Assembly (NCBI GenBank): GCA_049315745.1
Contig: JBMOJO010000001.1
Coordinates: forward strand, 1 to 56,841
Reading direction: 5' to 3'
From: Saprospiraceae bacterium
GTDB lineage: Bacteria; Bacteroidota; Bacteroidia; Chitinophagales; Saprospiraceae
DNA length: 56,841 bases
The position numbers and the translations under genes are program-made. Positions 45,920 through 55,462 of this stretch are shown here, one piece after another (within the stretch, counting starts at the first letter, position 1; the number at the start of each line of letters is the position of its first letter). A model generated the notes under the pieces. That model saw only the letters and a list, made by a program, of their open reading frames with translations, did no database searches and was not told the origin of the DNA.

Positions 45920-47392
45920 CTACGCCACCCCGGGCTGCAGGTTTGCCCGGCACTGTTCCAGCAGCCAGTTTTTGTGCGTCACGTTGGGGGTATTTTCGAT
46001 TTTGATGTGCAGGGCGCTGATTTTCTCGGTCATGGGCTGCCTGCCGTAGTAAATCCCGTCCTCGGAACGATAGTTGACGAGTTTTCGGGCAAAGTTGAGA
46101 AAATTGCTGTACCCTTTTTTTTCGTCGGTGGTGATTTGGCGGTTGCGCAGGATGTAGATGCGCAAGGTGTCGAGCAGGTTGTAGAGCGCTTCCGTGTCGT
46201 CTTCCGCAAAATAGGTGCGCAGGAGTAAGAACGCAGTATTCAGGTGGTATTTGACATCTGTAAACTGGACTTTGAGCAGGGTCTCGCGCACCTTGCCGAA
46301 CATTTTTTTGTGGTAAAACAGGTTGGCCAGGTTAAATGTATAAGCATTTTCCCTGCAATTGTCGGGAAGCTTATCCTTGAAATCTTCGAGAAAAATTTCT
46401 GTCCATTCAAAAGCTTTCAGGCTGCAGCCGAGCGTGGAGATGTTTTTGTAGTCCCATTCCGAGATGAACCCGTTTTCGAGGAGCAGGCCTTTTTCCAGGG
46501 CTTGTTTGAACAGGGCAAAGAGTTCCTGCTGATAGGTATTGTTGCCCGCATTGAGTTTCCGGATACAATAATTATTGGCGAACCGGTAGAGGTCGATCTG
46601 GGCAACGGAGGAAAGCTCGTCGAAGCGCTCGGCGAGCAAAGATTTCAGGTGCAGGTAATAGGACTCTTCGTGTTCGTAGCGCAGGGTGTGCAAAATGGTG
46701 TAGTACGTATCAATGGTTGGGTCGGCGGTGTATTTTTCCGGGTTTTTTTCTATGCCCAGGAGGATTTGGGGCAGGAAGCCCAGGTCGTACTGGACGTTCA
46801 GCAGGATGGAATGCGCGGTGAGGTGGCATGCGTGGCGGAGCTTTTCGACAAGGTAGAACCTGTCGAGGTGGTCCATCATTTTTTGGAGGGTCTGATGGGT
46901 TTTTGCACGTCGGCCAAACGTGCCCGCGTGATAGCCAAGGTGTACGTTCAGGCGGTATGCTGTATAGTGGTATTGTTCGTCCCGTGAAGGGCTGGTGTCG
47001 AGTTGCTTTTCCAGTTGTTTGACGCGGCTGCCGAACAGGTCGAACAGATTGCGCCGGTTGGCTTCTTCCAGGACGAGCAGGTCTTCCATATAGGTTTGGC
47101 GCTCAAAAGCCTCATAAGCCAGAAACCTCAGGAAGAGTTTTTTCAGGCTGGAGAGGTAATTATGAAGTTTCTGCTCGGCAAACGGTTCGTCCGGATGCAG
47201 TATTTTGAAGATTTCCTGCGGGGAGTACTGCCGGGCACCGTCCCTGGACTGCTGCAGGGCAATTTCGAGCAGCTCCTGCGTTTTCTGATGCTGGTTGATA
47301 TAAGGTGAAAAAACAAACTGCCTGAATTTTTCCTGTTCCCGCGGGGTAAAAGACTCGAGATAAACAAATAACTTGTGCTGCTTCATGGGCAT
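45920..47392 (-). CDS. Hypothetical all-helical protein, 490 aa
   Basis: Long clean ORF with helical-repeat-like composition. No motif recognised. Confidence 0.6.
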   Translation of the reverse strand: MPMKQHKLFVYLESFTPREQEKFRQFVFSPYINQHQKTQELLEIALQQSRDGARQYSPQEIFKILHPDEPFAEQKLHNYLSSLKKLFLRFLAYEAFERQTYMEDLLVLEEANRRNLFDLFGSRVKQLEKQLDTSPSRDEQYHYTAYRLNVHLGYHAGTFGRRAKTHQTLQKMMDHLDRFYLVEKLRHACHLTAHSILLNVQYDLGFLPQILLGIEKNPEKYTADPTIDTYYTILHTLRYEHEESYYLHLKSLLAERFDELSSVAQIDLYRFANNYCIRKLNAGNNTYQQELFALFKQALEKGLLLENGFISEWDYKNISTLGCSLKAFEWTEIFLEDFKDKLPDNCRENAYTFNLANLFYHKKMFGKVRETLLKVQFTDVKYHLNTAFLLLRTYFAEDDTEALYNLLDTLRIYILRNRQITTDEKKGYSNFLNFARKLVNYRSEDGIYYGRQPMTEKISALHIKIENTPNVTHKNWLLEQCRANLQPGVA

Positions 47393-47485
47393 AAGGGGAT
47401 TATCGTTGGTAAACGTCCCTACATATTATAATTGGTGCGGCCGTTACAAAACATCTGAAGGAGGGTTGGCCCCGGAGCATTCCGC

Positions 47486-48043
47486 TTACCGGCTATCGTC
47501 CGGCTTGCTGCCGTTACAGGGGTCCTGCTTTGTTTTTTCCATCTGTTTTTTCCAGGCATCGGCCCGGTCGCGGTCGCGTTTTTCCAGGTCGGCGACAAAC
47601 TGCATAAAATTGATATCTTCTGTTTCGATATTGGCCTGGAGTTGCCGGAGCTTTACGACAATCGCATCGTCCTGATCCCCTGCCTTTTCGACCAGGTTTT
47701 TTATGGAAGTATCTAACTGGGGGTAAATTTCGAACATTTGGATAAGGTCCGTATTGCGGATTTTGATCATGTTCCTGCGTTCGTCCGCCGGCATATCCCG
47801 GGGCAGGCGGGCGTCTAGGGCGCTGGAGACTTCGTCCCAGAGGTTGAGGGTCTGTCGTTCCAGCATTTCTTTTTCGCAAAGAAGGGATTGGTAACGCCGG
47901 ACGATACCTTCCCCCGCTTGTTCTGCGGATTTTCCAGCTTCTTTGGGTTGGCATCCGCCTACCAGAAAGAGAAGGCTGAACCCGCAGGCCAGCTGCCGGT
48001 ATGTCGCCAGGTACTGCCTGGATATTATTTCGCGAGAGGACAT
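47486..48043 (-). CDS. Hypothetical lipoprotein
   Basis: Lipobox LLFLVGGCQP followed by a helical, charged body. Confidence 0.5.
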   Translation of the reverse strand: MSSREIISRQYLATYRQLACGFSLLFLVGGCQPKEAGKSAEQAGEGIVRRYQSLLCEKEMLERQTLNLWDEVSSALDARLPRDMPADERRNMIKIRNTDLIQMFEIYPQLDTSIKNLVEKAGDQDDAIVVKLRQLQANIETEDINFMQFVADLEKRDRDRADAWKKQMEKTKQDPCNGSKPDDSR

Positions 48044-48420
48044 AATCAGGAATTTCTTTTTTTAGCGCTATATTTCTTTCACAAACAAACAAAAAAAATC
48101 TTTTTAGAGAAATAAAATCATGAAAAATAAGAAAATAAAGATTATTTTTAGTTTAAAAAATTGAAAAACAATTGTTTAAGATTTAAACAATCAAATTTTT
48201 CATTCCAGTAATCGAAAAAAATGTACTATGCCGGTGGTGGGATAAATTAGACTTTTGTAATGTCAAAAGGAAGTAACAGCTACAAGTGAATCAAGAACAA
48301 GCGACACTCATGCAATGATAAATTCCTTGACAAATCAAAATCTCGTGTAATTTTTTTTGGGAATGCCAAAAGAGGTGTTCCTTGGTATGTAGATAGCCTC
48401 TCAAAGCTCTTTTTGGAAAG

Positions 48421-48448
48421 CCGGCTAGTTAACTAGCCGGTTTTTTTT
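48421..48448 (+). terminator. Orphan intrinsic terminator (CCGGCTAGTT/AACTAGCCGG + T8)
   Basis: Perfect 20-nt palindrome followed by eight T on the plus strand. No plus-strand CDS lies upstream, because the preceding gene is on the minus strand. Confidence 0.6.
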
Positions 48449-48545
48449 ATTTTTGGCCATTATTAATCGCGAATATAGGGACAAACACGGAAAGTCTCTG
48501 CTTCATCCGGCGGTTTTTATGTGACAGGTAGGTTGCGACGGGGCG

Positions 48546-48647
48546 GGGGTTGTGTCAGGAGTCTTTTTTTTGGTGCTTCGCACCAAATTATATTTTGAAA
48601 GAGAATATTCTGCCGCTGAAGGTGGCAAATTCTTTTTACACAACCCC
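48546..48647. mobile_element. MITE-like element, family B, short copy (GGGGTTGTGT...CTTTTTACACAACCCC)
   Basis: The terminal inverted repeats are read directly. It contains the mini-hairpin TGGTGC-TTC-GCACCA. It lies in the rpe upstream region. Confidence 0.6.
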
Positions 48648-48828
48648 GAAGCTTTCTAAGGGCGTACAGCGGCGCTGTATAGACCAGAACGGGCAATATC
48701 CCGATGGTTCCGCGCACAACAAGCCTGATATTTGGCCGCGGCAGTGGGTGGGCAATGACGGGCTGGCCACGAGGTTTTGTGCAGGCCGAAAGCCTTTAGT
48801 CCCTGGGTTTGTCCTGAATGAAAGTATC

Positions 48829-49503
48829 ATGAAAAAACACTTGCTCTCCCCATCGTTGCTCGCTGCAGACTTCACGCGATTGAGGGAAGAAATACAGGTC
48901 ATCAATGACAGCGAAGCAGACTGGCTGCACCTGGACGTCATGGACGGGCGCTTCGTTCCCAATATCACTTTTGGGATGGGCATTGTTGGGGCAGTCAATC
49001 AATTGTGTGCCAAGCCATTGGATGTGCATTTGATGATTGTGGAACCGGAGCGCTATGTCGAAGCATTTTGCGCTGCCGGGGCGGATATCGTCAGTGTACA
49101 TTACGAAGCCTGCCCGCATTTACACCGTGTACTTCAGCAGATAAAAGCCTGCGGGGCAAAGGCGGGGATAGCGGTCAACCCGCATACGTCGGTGGAGTTG
49201 CTGGTGGATGTCCTGTGTGAGGCGGACCTTGTCTGCGTGATGTCGGTAAACCCTGGGTTTGGGGGGCAGCAATTTATTTACCAAACCCTTGCCAAAATCA
49301 GGCGGTTGCGCCGGATGGTGGAGGAACAGTGCCTGCCGGTACAAATTGAAGTGGATGGTGGGGTTGGGCTGCACAATGCCGGGGCCCTGCTTCAGGCGGG
49401 GGCGGATGTGCTGGTCGCGGGCAGCAGTGTATTCGGCGCCCCCGACCCCCGTCTGGTGATCCGAGAGATAAAAGCCATCGGTTCCGAACCAAGTAAATAC
49501 TGA
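48829..49503 (+). CDS. rpe: Ribulose-phosphate 3-epimerase
   Basis: MKKHLLSPSLLAADF..., LHLDVMDGRFVPNITFG, VHLMIV and VNPGFGGQQF motifs. The ATG at 48829 gives the canonical ~224-aa protein. Confidence 0.93.
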   Translation: MKKHLLSPSLLAADFTRLREEIQVINDSEADWLHLDVMDGRFVPNITFGMGIVGAVNQLCAKPLDVHLMIVEPERYVEAFCAAGADIVSVHYEACPHLHRVLQQIKACGAKAGIAVNPHTSVELLVDVLCEADLVCVMSVNPGFGGQQFIYQTLAKIRRLRRMVEEQCLPVQIEVDGGVGLHNAGALLQAGADVLVAGSSVFGAPDPRLVIREIKAIGSEPSKY

Positions 49504-49543
49504 TCTTTGAGCCCTGATTTCCCAACGTTTGATACTGTGTTAA

Positions 49544-52099
49544 ATGGATATAAGGACCAGATTTTTTTTTCTGCTTTTTTTCTACGTGTGCCAGGTGCAT
49601 GGCCTATTGGCCCAGGAAGACCGGAAGGCGACGGTAAGCGGTATCGTTTCGGACGCTGTGAGCGGGGAGCCGGTTGATTTCGTTACGATTTATATAAAAG
49701 GTACAAATACCTCGACAGAGTCTGCGGCAAACGGGCGCTATGTTTTACAGGTGCCTGCGGGGCAGGGGTGTACCGTGGTGTTCACGCGGATCGGGTACAA
49801 GGAATCCCCTGTGGCCGTGCGGGCGCTTCCTGCGCGGGGGAGTATCCAACTGGACGTCCAGCTGGCGCCTTCGGATACTGATCTGGAGGTGATTGTCACG
49901 GAAAGCCGTCTTGAAGGTGCGGGAATGGTTAGGGAAGGCATGGAACAGATGAAACTGCTGCCCAGCACGACCGGCAACCTGGAGAGCCTGCTGCCGCATA
50001 TTGCACTGGGCGCGAGCAGCGGCACGGGGGGCGAGTTGAGTTCCCAGTACAACGTCCGGGGGGGCAATTACGACGAAAACCTGGTATATGTCAACGATTT
50101 TGAAATTTACAGGCCGCAACTGATCCGGGCAGGGCAGCAGGAGGGGTTGAGTTTTCCCAACCTCGATCTGGTCCGGGACCTTTCCTTTTCTTCCGGGGGG
50201 TTTGAAGCACGCTACGGGGACAAGCTCTCTTCCGTACTGGATATTAAGTATAAATTGCCCGATAGCCTGCGGGCATCTTTTGGGATGAGTTTTTTGGGCG
50301 GTTCCACGCATCTGGAAGGCAGCCTGCCCCTGGGCAAAGATGGGGGTTACCGCAAATTCCGCTATCTGGTCGGGGCCCGTTACAAGACTACGCGCTATCT
50401 GCTCGGCACCCTTGACGTAGAAGGGGAATATACCCCTAATTTTGCCGATATCCAGGCTTACCTCACGTATGACCTTTCCCGCGACCTCCAACTGGGTTTT
50501 CTTGGGAATTTCAACCGCTCGGAGTATCAGTTCAGCCCGGCGGTAAGGAGTACAGCTTTTGGGCTCATCAATTACGCGCTGCAACTCTTTTCTGTTTTTG
50601 AGGGTTCAGAGCGGGATTTGTTCACCACGGGTATGGGCGGTGTTTCGCTGACGTATCTGCCGGACCGGAAGCGCAACCCGCTTTTTCTGAAATTTCTGGC
50701 CTCTGATTTCCGTTCCGACGAACGGGAGCGGTTCGATATCATTGGCGACTACAGCCTCCGGCAGATCGAGAGCAACCTCGGCAGCGGCGGATTTGGGGAA
50801 GTAGTCGCGGAACTTGGCGCCGGTACGCAGCACCAGTACGTTCGCAACCTGCTGAACCTGCGCACCTGGAACCTCGAGCATCGCGGCGGGTGGGAGTTGC
50901 AGGTCTTGCCTAGGGCTGCGGGGGCCACGGCGGGGCATTTCTTTCAGTGGAGCGCGAAATACCAGCGTGAATCCATCGAAGACCGGATCAATGAGTGGGA
51001 GCGGCTGGACTCTGCAGGGTATTCCCTTCCGGACGTACCGGAGGAGGTATTGTTGTTCAGTGTATTGAAAACGCGGAACGAATTATTGTCAGACCGCTTC
51101 AGCGCTTTTTTTCAGCACACGTATTCCTATCGCGACAACGACCGTTACGAGCTGCGTGTATCGGCGGGCGCGCGGGGCGGTTACTGGTCGCTGAACCGGG
51201 AGTTTCTTTTTTCGCCGCGCGTACAGATGTTGTATAAACCCCTGAAGGGTAAAACGGATATTTCTTATCGCCTTGCGGGGGGCTATTATTTCCAGCCGCC
51301 CTTTTACCGGGAGCTCAGGCGGCCCGATGGTTCGGTCAACCCCGATCTGTTGGCCCAGAAATCGCTGCACATCGTCGGCGGGCTCACCCTCGATTTCTAT
51401 CTCGGCAGGGCTTACCCCAAAAAATTCCGGCTGATCAGCGAGGCGTATTACAAGCGCCTTTGGGATATGGTATCTTATGAAATTGAGAACGTGCGCATCC
51501 GGTATTCCGGCGAGAACGACCTCAGCGGGTATGTCGCGGGCTGGGATATCCGGCTGAACGGGGAATTTGTTCCCGGCGCCGAATCCTGGATCAACCTCTC
51601 CTTCCTTCAGGCCAGGGAGCGGCTCAATGGTATTCAGCACCTGCGCCGCGAAATTGGTGCGGAAGAAGGCACGCCGGTGGGGTTTGTACCACGGCCCACC
51701 GACCAGTGGATGACGATGTCCATTTTTTTCCAGGATTACCTGCCGCAGAACGAAAATTTCAAGATGCACCTGAACTTTACGATGGGCACGGGCCTGCCCT
51801 TCGGATTGCGGGGCAACAACACGGTCTATCGCAACACCTACCGTTTTGATCCTTACCACCGGGTGGACATCGGCTTTTCTTTGTTGTTGTGGGACCGTCA
51901 GAACCCCGGCAGGCGAAAGCCGGATCATTTTCTGCGCTTTTCCCGCTCCGCATGGGCCAGCCTCGAGGTGTTTAACTTAATGCAGGTACAGAACCAGGCG
52001 GGCAACACCTGGATCAAAACGGTGTTCGGCCAGCAGTATGCTGTGCCCAATTATTTGACATCTAGGCGTTTAAACTTAAGGGTGCGCTTTGAGTTCTGA
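49544..52099 (+). CDS. TonB-dependent-receptor-like outer-membrane protein with N-terminal carboxypeptidase-regulatory-like domain
   Basis: Signal peptide, a CarbopepD_reg-like segment (VSGIVSDAVSGEPVDFVTIYIKGTNTSTESAANGRYVL), a plug-like region, a long beta-rich body and a C-terminal ...LRVRFEF. Confidence 0.65.
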   Translation: MDIRTRFFFLLFFYVCQVHGLLAQEDRKATVSGIVSDAVSGEPVDFVTIYIKGTNTSTESAANGRYVLQVPAGQGCTVVFTRIGYKESPVAVRALPARGSIQLDVQLAPSDTDLEVIVTESRLEGAGMVREGMEQMKLLPSTTGNLESLLPHIALGASSGTGGELSSQYNVRGGNYDENLVYVNDFEIYRPQLIRAGQQEGLSFPNLDLVRDLSFSSGGFEARYGDKLSSVLDIKYKLPDSLRASFGMSFLGGSTHLEGSLPLGKDGGYRKFRYLVGARYKTTRYLLGTLDVEGEYTPNFADIQAYLTYDLSRDLQLGFLGNFNRSEYQFSPAVRSTAFGLINYALQLFSVFEGSERDLFTTGMGGVSLTYLPDRKRNPLFLKFLASDFRSDERERFDIIGDYSLRQIESNLGSGGFGEVVAELGAGTQHQYVRNLLNLRTWNLEHRGGWELQVLPRAAGATAGHFFQWSAKYQRESIEDRINEWERLDSAGYSLPDVPEEVLLFSVLKTRNELLSDRFSAFFQHTYSYRDNDRYELRVSAGARGGYWSLNREFLFSPRVQMLYKPLKGKTDISYRLAGGYYFQPPFYRELRRPDGSVNPDLLAQKSLHIVGGLTLDFYLGRAYPKKFRLISEAYYKRLWDMVSYEIENVRIRYSGENDLSGYVAGWDIRLNGEFVPGAESWINLSFLQARERLNGIQHLRREIGAEEGTPVGFVPRPTDQWMTMSIFFQDYLPQNENFKMHLNFTMGTGLPFGLRGNNTVYRNTYRFDPYHRVDIGFSLLLWDRQNPGRRKPDHFLRFSRSAWASLEVFNLMQVQNQAGNTWIKTVFGQQYAVPNYLTSRRLNLRVRFEF

Positions 52100-52254
52100 T
52101 TTTGGGATGGCGCTTCGGCTCTTCTTTTGCGTATATCCAGGGCCCTTTCCCGGCCCGAAAAGCCTTCGTGCGGGTAACCGGCCCATTTTCCCACGGCGCT
52201 GATCCCCTGCATGCCAAAGTCTATTGTTCAACGGCTTTAAAACTTTGTCGAACT

Positions 52255-52437
52255 ATGGCAAGAACCCATTTGGATCCTTCAACAGGAGATCATAGCCCCC
52301 GGGGGGGCGTCTCAATCGGTAAATTTTTCCTGCTGATCGTCATTGTCGCTATTATCCTGTATCTGTTGCAGGCAATCGGGCTTCCTGTCGTTTACCGCAC
52401 GGATGAAACGGAGATTATCGAGCGTCCACATCGCTAA
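52255..52437 (+). CDS. Possible 60-aa single-pass membrane protein
   Basis: MARTHLDPSTGDHSPRGGVSIGKFFLLIVIVAIILYLLQAIGLP... has one clear hydrophobic helix. No other support. Confidence 0.3.
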   Translation: MARTHLDPSTGDHSPRGGVSIGKFFLLIVIVAIILYLLQAIGLPVVYRTDETEIIERPHR

Positions 52438-52617
52438 ATATCCGGTAAGATACAGGCGAAATGCGCCCACTATGTCGCCGCATCGTAATAAGTCCAATAA
52501 TTTAGGAAGCAAAGTTGGTTTATTATAAGAAAACAGCTAACTTTGCTCCCCGTTAAAAACCTCCTGTTTGCTTGTCAAAGGAAGGAGGTATGGCAAAACC
52601 ACATAATTTTAACCGAC

Positions 52618-53118
52618 ATGTCCGTAAAAATCAGATTACAGCGCATGGGCCGCAAGAAGCGCCCGTTTTATCACCTGGTAGTTGCCGATTCGCGTTCTCC
52701 ACGCGACGGGCGCTATATCGAGCGCCTGGGCACATACAACCCCATGACGAAGCCGGCCACGATCGAAATTGACCGCGACAAAACCTTTGAGTGGGTCATG
52801 AAAGGTGCCCAGCCAACGGAAACTGCAAAAGCAATCCTGCGTTTCAAAGGGGTTTATTTCCGCAAGCACCTGATGCGGGGCGTTCAGAAAGGTGCCATGA
52901 CGCTGGAGGCCGCCATGGAACAGTACCAGCAGTGGGTGGACAAAAAGGAGACCCGGATCGCGGCACGCTTCGCCCAAACTGCGGCGGAGAAGGCCGCTTT
53001 CAACGCGATGGTGAATGGCACCCCCGCCCCTAAGCCCGCTCCGGCAGCGCCCGTGGTTCCGGAAGCCCCTGCTGAAGAAGCTGCGGCAGGTGCAACGGAA
53101 AGCCCGTCAGAAGAGTAG
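52618..53118 (+). CDS. rpsP: 30S ribosomal protein S16 with Ala/Pro-rich C-terminal extension
   Basis: [42 protein letters not shown] is the canonical S16 N-terminus. The ATG at 52618 is preferred. Confidence 0.95.
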   Translation: MSVKIRLQRMGRKKRPFYHLVVADSRSPRDGRYIERLGTYNPMTKPATIEIDRDKTFEWVMKGAQPTETAKAILRFKGVYFRKHLMRGVQKGAMTLEAAMEQYQQWVDKKETRIAARFAQTAAEKAAFNAMVNGTPAPKPAPAAPVVPEAPAEEAAAGATESPSEE

Positions 53119-53297
53119 GCCATACGTTCCTGCCCTGAAAATGATCGTACGCGGCTGTATTTTTTTGTGCAAGTGTTGTAAGTTGTTAGCTTTCCGACTA
53201 CATTTGTAGAAACAGGCTATACTTATATTTATGATATTCAGTGAACCTGGTAGTGCCATGATTTGCACTATCAGGTTTGCCTTTAAAAAGGCCTTCT

Positions 53298-54689
53298 ATG
53301 TACGAATTAGACCAGTCATACCTGGACGAGCTCGAGCTGCTCGCAGGGGAGATCCAGGAATCTGAAGATCTGGAAAAATACCTGGATTCAGAAGAAGAAG
53401 CAGATTATACCAGGGTCAAGGAAATTTTCGAGCCAAGGATCGCCATGGTATATAACCGTGTTGCGAATGAAGACCCGCTGCAGTTGGTCCCGCTCGAATT
53501 GATCCTTCTGGATCCCGCGTTCGAGGGACTTTTCCTTCCTAAGATCCTGGGGTATTCGATTTTGCGGGGCGAGGTCAACGAAACGTACCGTTACATCCGG
53601 CCACAGGAACACTTCCAGGAAATCCTGCTGGCCATCTGCAATTCTGCTAATTTTGAAATACTCAAGCAACGGATCGGTCAATCCATTCAGGTAGGGTTTG
53701 CGCTAAGCAGTGATATCTGGGTGACGCACCTGATCAACAATATTCAGAATAAACGCATACGGTATTACCTCCAGGGGCAGAAAGTGGACAAGTTCCATTC
53801 GCTCGAAGAGCGTAAAAATGCGTATCTGCGGTATAAGCGGCAGTTTCGCAACGAAAATTTTGAAACGGCACGTTTCCCCGAGACTGCGCCGGAATTACCG
53901 GTGCTTTTCAACGGACTGAAGCGCTTCCTGATTTATCGTGCCGGCCTGCGTTTGTCCAATGCCAGTCTTACCGGCCCAATTATGGACTTTTTGCGCAATA
54001 AGGCTTTCGAAGGTACCCGGGAGCACCTCCAAGTCATGATGTTGTTTGTAATGTGGTATTCCGGCAGCCGGGACGTACAATCGGAGATCGCGGATATTTT
54101 CAGCCGCGTCCGTCGGTCGGTGCCTGATTTCAAGGAATCGTTCCTGCAATTCCTGCTCGAGCTGCACAACCACCCCGACCTCGTCCTTGGTCCTGAACAA
54201 GACCTCAACATGTCCCAGTTGGTGGACCAATCGGTGGGCGATGAACTCAGTGCGTTTTATGCCGTCATAGACGAGATCCACGGCACAGGTTATAACCAGC
54301 CCGAGACGCTTGAAGCGATAAAAGTATTCTATAACCAGCACGAGGGGCTCTCGGTGATCAACGAGTGCGTACGGATTACCGTGCGGCACTATTTTGACCA
54401 GTTTATCCAGAACCTGGAAACGACGGCCTATGTGGATTTTTTTGAAATCTGCAAGCTGATGCCGGCCTATATGGGTGTTTTTGCCAATCAGCACTTCAAC
54501 CAGAGCCTGAAGGAAAATTCGCTGGCCTACGTCCAGCGTTTGTTAGCTGCTTACACAGATAAACGCGGGAAGGATTACCAGGATATCAAGCGTTTTGTTT
54601 CGACGGTTTTTGTTGATCTCGATTTCATCAAAGAAAAAGAGGTCGTGGAAATGTTCAAAACCCGGCGCAAGAAAAAAGACGCGGCCTAA
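53298..54689 (+). CDS. Hypothetical protein, ~463 aa
   Basis: Long clean ORF with an acidic N-terminus and helical composition. No motif recognised. Its stop overlaps the convergent regulator gene by 4 nt. Confidence 0.6.
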   Translation: MYELDQSYLDELELLAGEIQESEDLEKYLDSEEEADYTRVKEIFEPRIAMVYNRVANEDPLQLVPLELILLDPAFEGLFLPKILGYSILRGEVNETYRYIRPQEHFQEILLAICNSANFEILKQRIGQSIQVGFALSSDIWVTHLINNIQNKRIRYYLQGQKVDKFHSLEERKNAYLRYKRQFRNENFETARFPETAPELPVLFNGLKRFLIYRAGLRLSNASLTGPIMDFLRNKAFEGTREHLQVMMLFVMWYSGSRDVQSEIADIFSRVRRSVPDFKESFLQFLLELHNHPDLVLGPEQDLNMSQLVDQSVGDELSAFYAVIDEIHGTGYNQPETLEAIKVFYNQHEGLSVINECVRITVRHYFDQFIQNLETTAYVDFFEICKLMPAYMGVFANQHFNQSLKENSLAYVQRLLAAYTDKRGKDYQDIKRFVSTVFVDLDFIKEKEVVEMFKTRRKKKDAA

Positions 54690-55381
54690 ACGGGCGCCTC
54701 TTTGCCGACGAATTTATACCCGACCCCGCGGATGGCATGGAAATGGACGGGGTTGCGGGAATCTTCTTCAAAATTCCGACGGAATTTCAGGATAAAGTTG
54801 TCAATTGTCCGGGTGCTCGGGAATACATCATATCCCCAGACCGACTGCAGGATTTGCTGTCTGGAGACTACCTCCCCTTCCCGGTCAATCAGTAGTTTGA
54901 GCAGCATGGCCTCTTTCTTGGTGAGGATAAATTTCCCCAGGGTCCCTTCTGCTTCGAAGGTGACGAAATTGATCCGGTTATTGCCAAAAACATATAATTC
55001 AGGGGTGTTTTCGAGGGTCCTTCCGCTGCGTCGCAGGAGTTTCTGCACCCGCAGGAGGAGTTCTTCGAGCACAAAAGGTTTGGTGAGGTAATCATCGGCG
55101 CCGCGTTTCAGGCCGGCGATGCGATCTGCGGCGGTGTCTTTGGCTGTGAGGAAAATAATCGGCGTCTCCAGGTCGCTGAGCCGTATTTGCGCACAGACCT
55201 GAAACCCGTCAATTTCCGGGAGCATTACATCCAATATGACCAGGTCAAAGTGTTGTTCCTGGAACAAGCGGAGGGCCTCTTTTCCGTTTTTCGCGCTTAC
55301 AGCTTCATAGCCTTCGAGTTCTAGGTTGAGGCTTACCGCTTCGCGGATATTTTCCTCATCTTCGGCGAGCAGGATACGCAT
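54686..55381 (-). CDS. OmpR/PhoB-family response regulator
   Basis: REC (MRILLAEDEE, LVILDVMLPEIDG, YLTKPF) plus a winged-helix output domain (LTKKEAMLLKLL..., IRGVGYKF). Confidence 0.9.
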   Translation of the reverse strand: MRILLAEDEENIREAVSLNLELEGYEAVSAKNGKEALRLFQEQHFDLVILDVMLPEIDGFQVCAQIRLSDLETPIIFLTAKDTAADRIAGLKRGADDYLTKPFVLEELLLRVQKLLRRSGRTLENTPELYVFGNNRINFVTFEAEGTLGKFILTKKEAMLLKLLIDREGEVVSRQQILQSVWGYDVFPSTRTIDNFILKFRRNFEEDSRNPVHFHAIRGVGYKFVGKEAPV

Positions 55382-55462
55382 ATATAATTGTATTTTAGGC
55401 TTATGCCTGGTTCAGGGCGAAAGGGCATATTTTCACAGCGTCTTTTGTATATCCGGATGCGT

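Noticed and set aside
48550-48828. N-terminal 93-aa extension of rpe in the ORF track
   Set aside because: It spans a MITE and non-coding-looking sequence. The canonical Rpe N-terminus (MKKHLLSPSLLAADF) starts at 48829.
49745-51928. Two 279-aa ORFs (49745-50584 and 51089-51928) antisense to the TonB-dependent-receptor-like gene
   Set aside because: Arg/Pro-rich translations typical of antisense frames. The plus-strand ORF is continuous for 851 aa, with a signal peptide and a beta-barrel C-terminus.
52572-52772. 66-aa ORF with AAGGAGGT immediately before an internal ATG, overlapping rpsP out of frame
   Set aside because: The AGGAGGT-to-ATG spacing is too short (0-1 nt). The frame overlaps the certain S16 reading frame. 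The AGGAGG is better explained as one arm of a leader hairpin.
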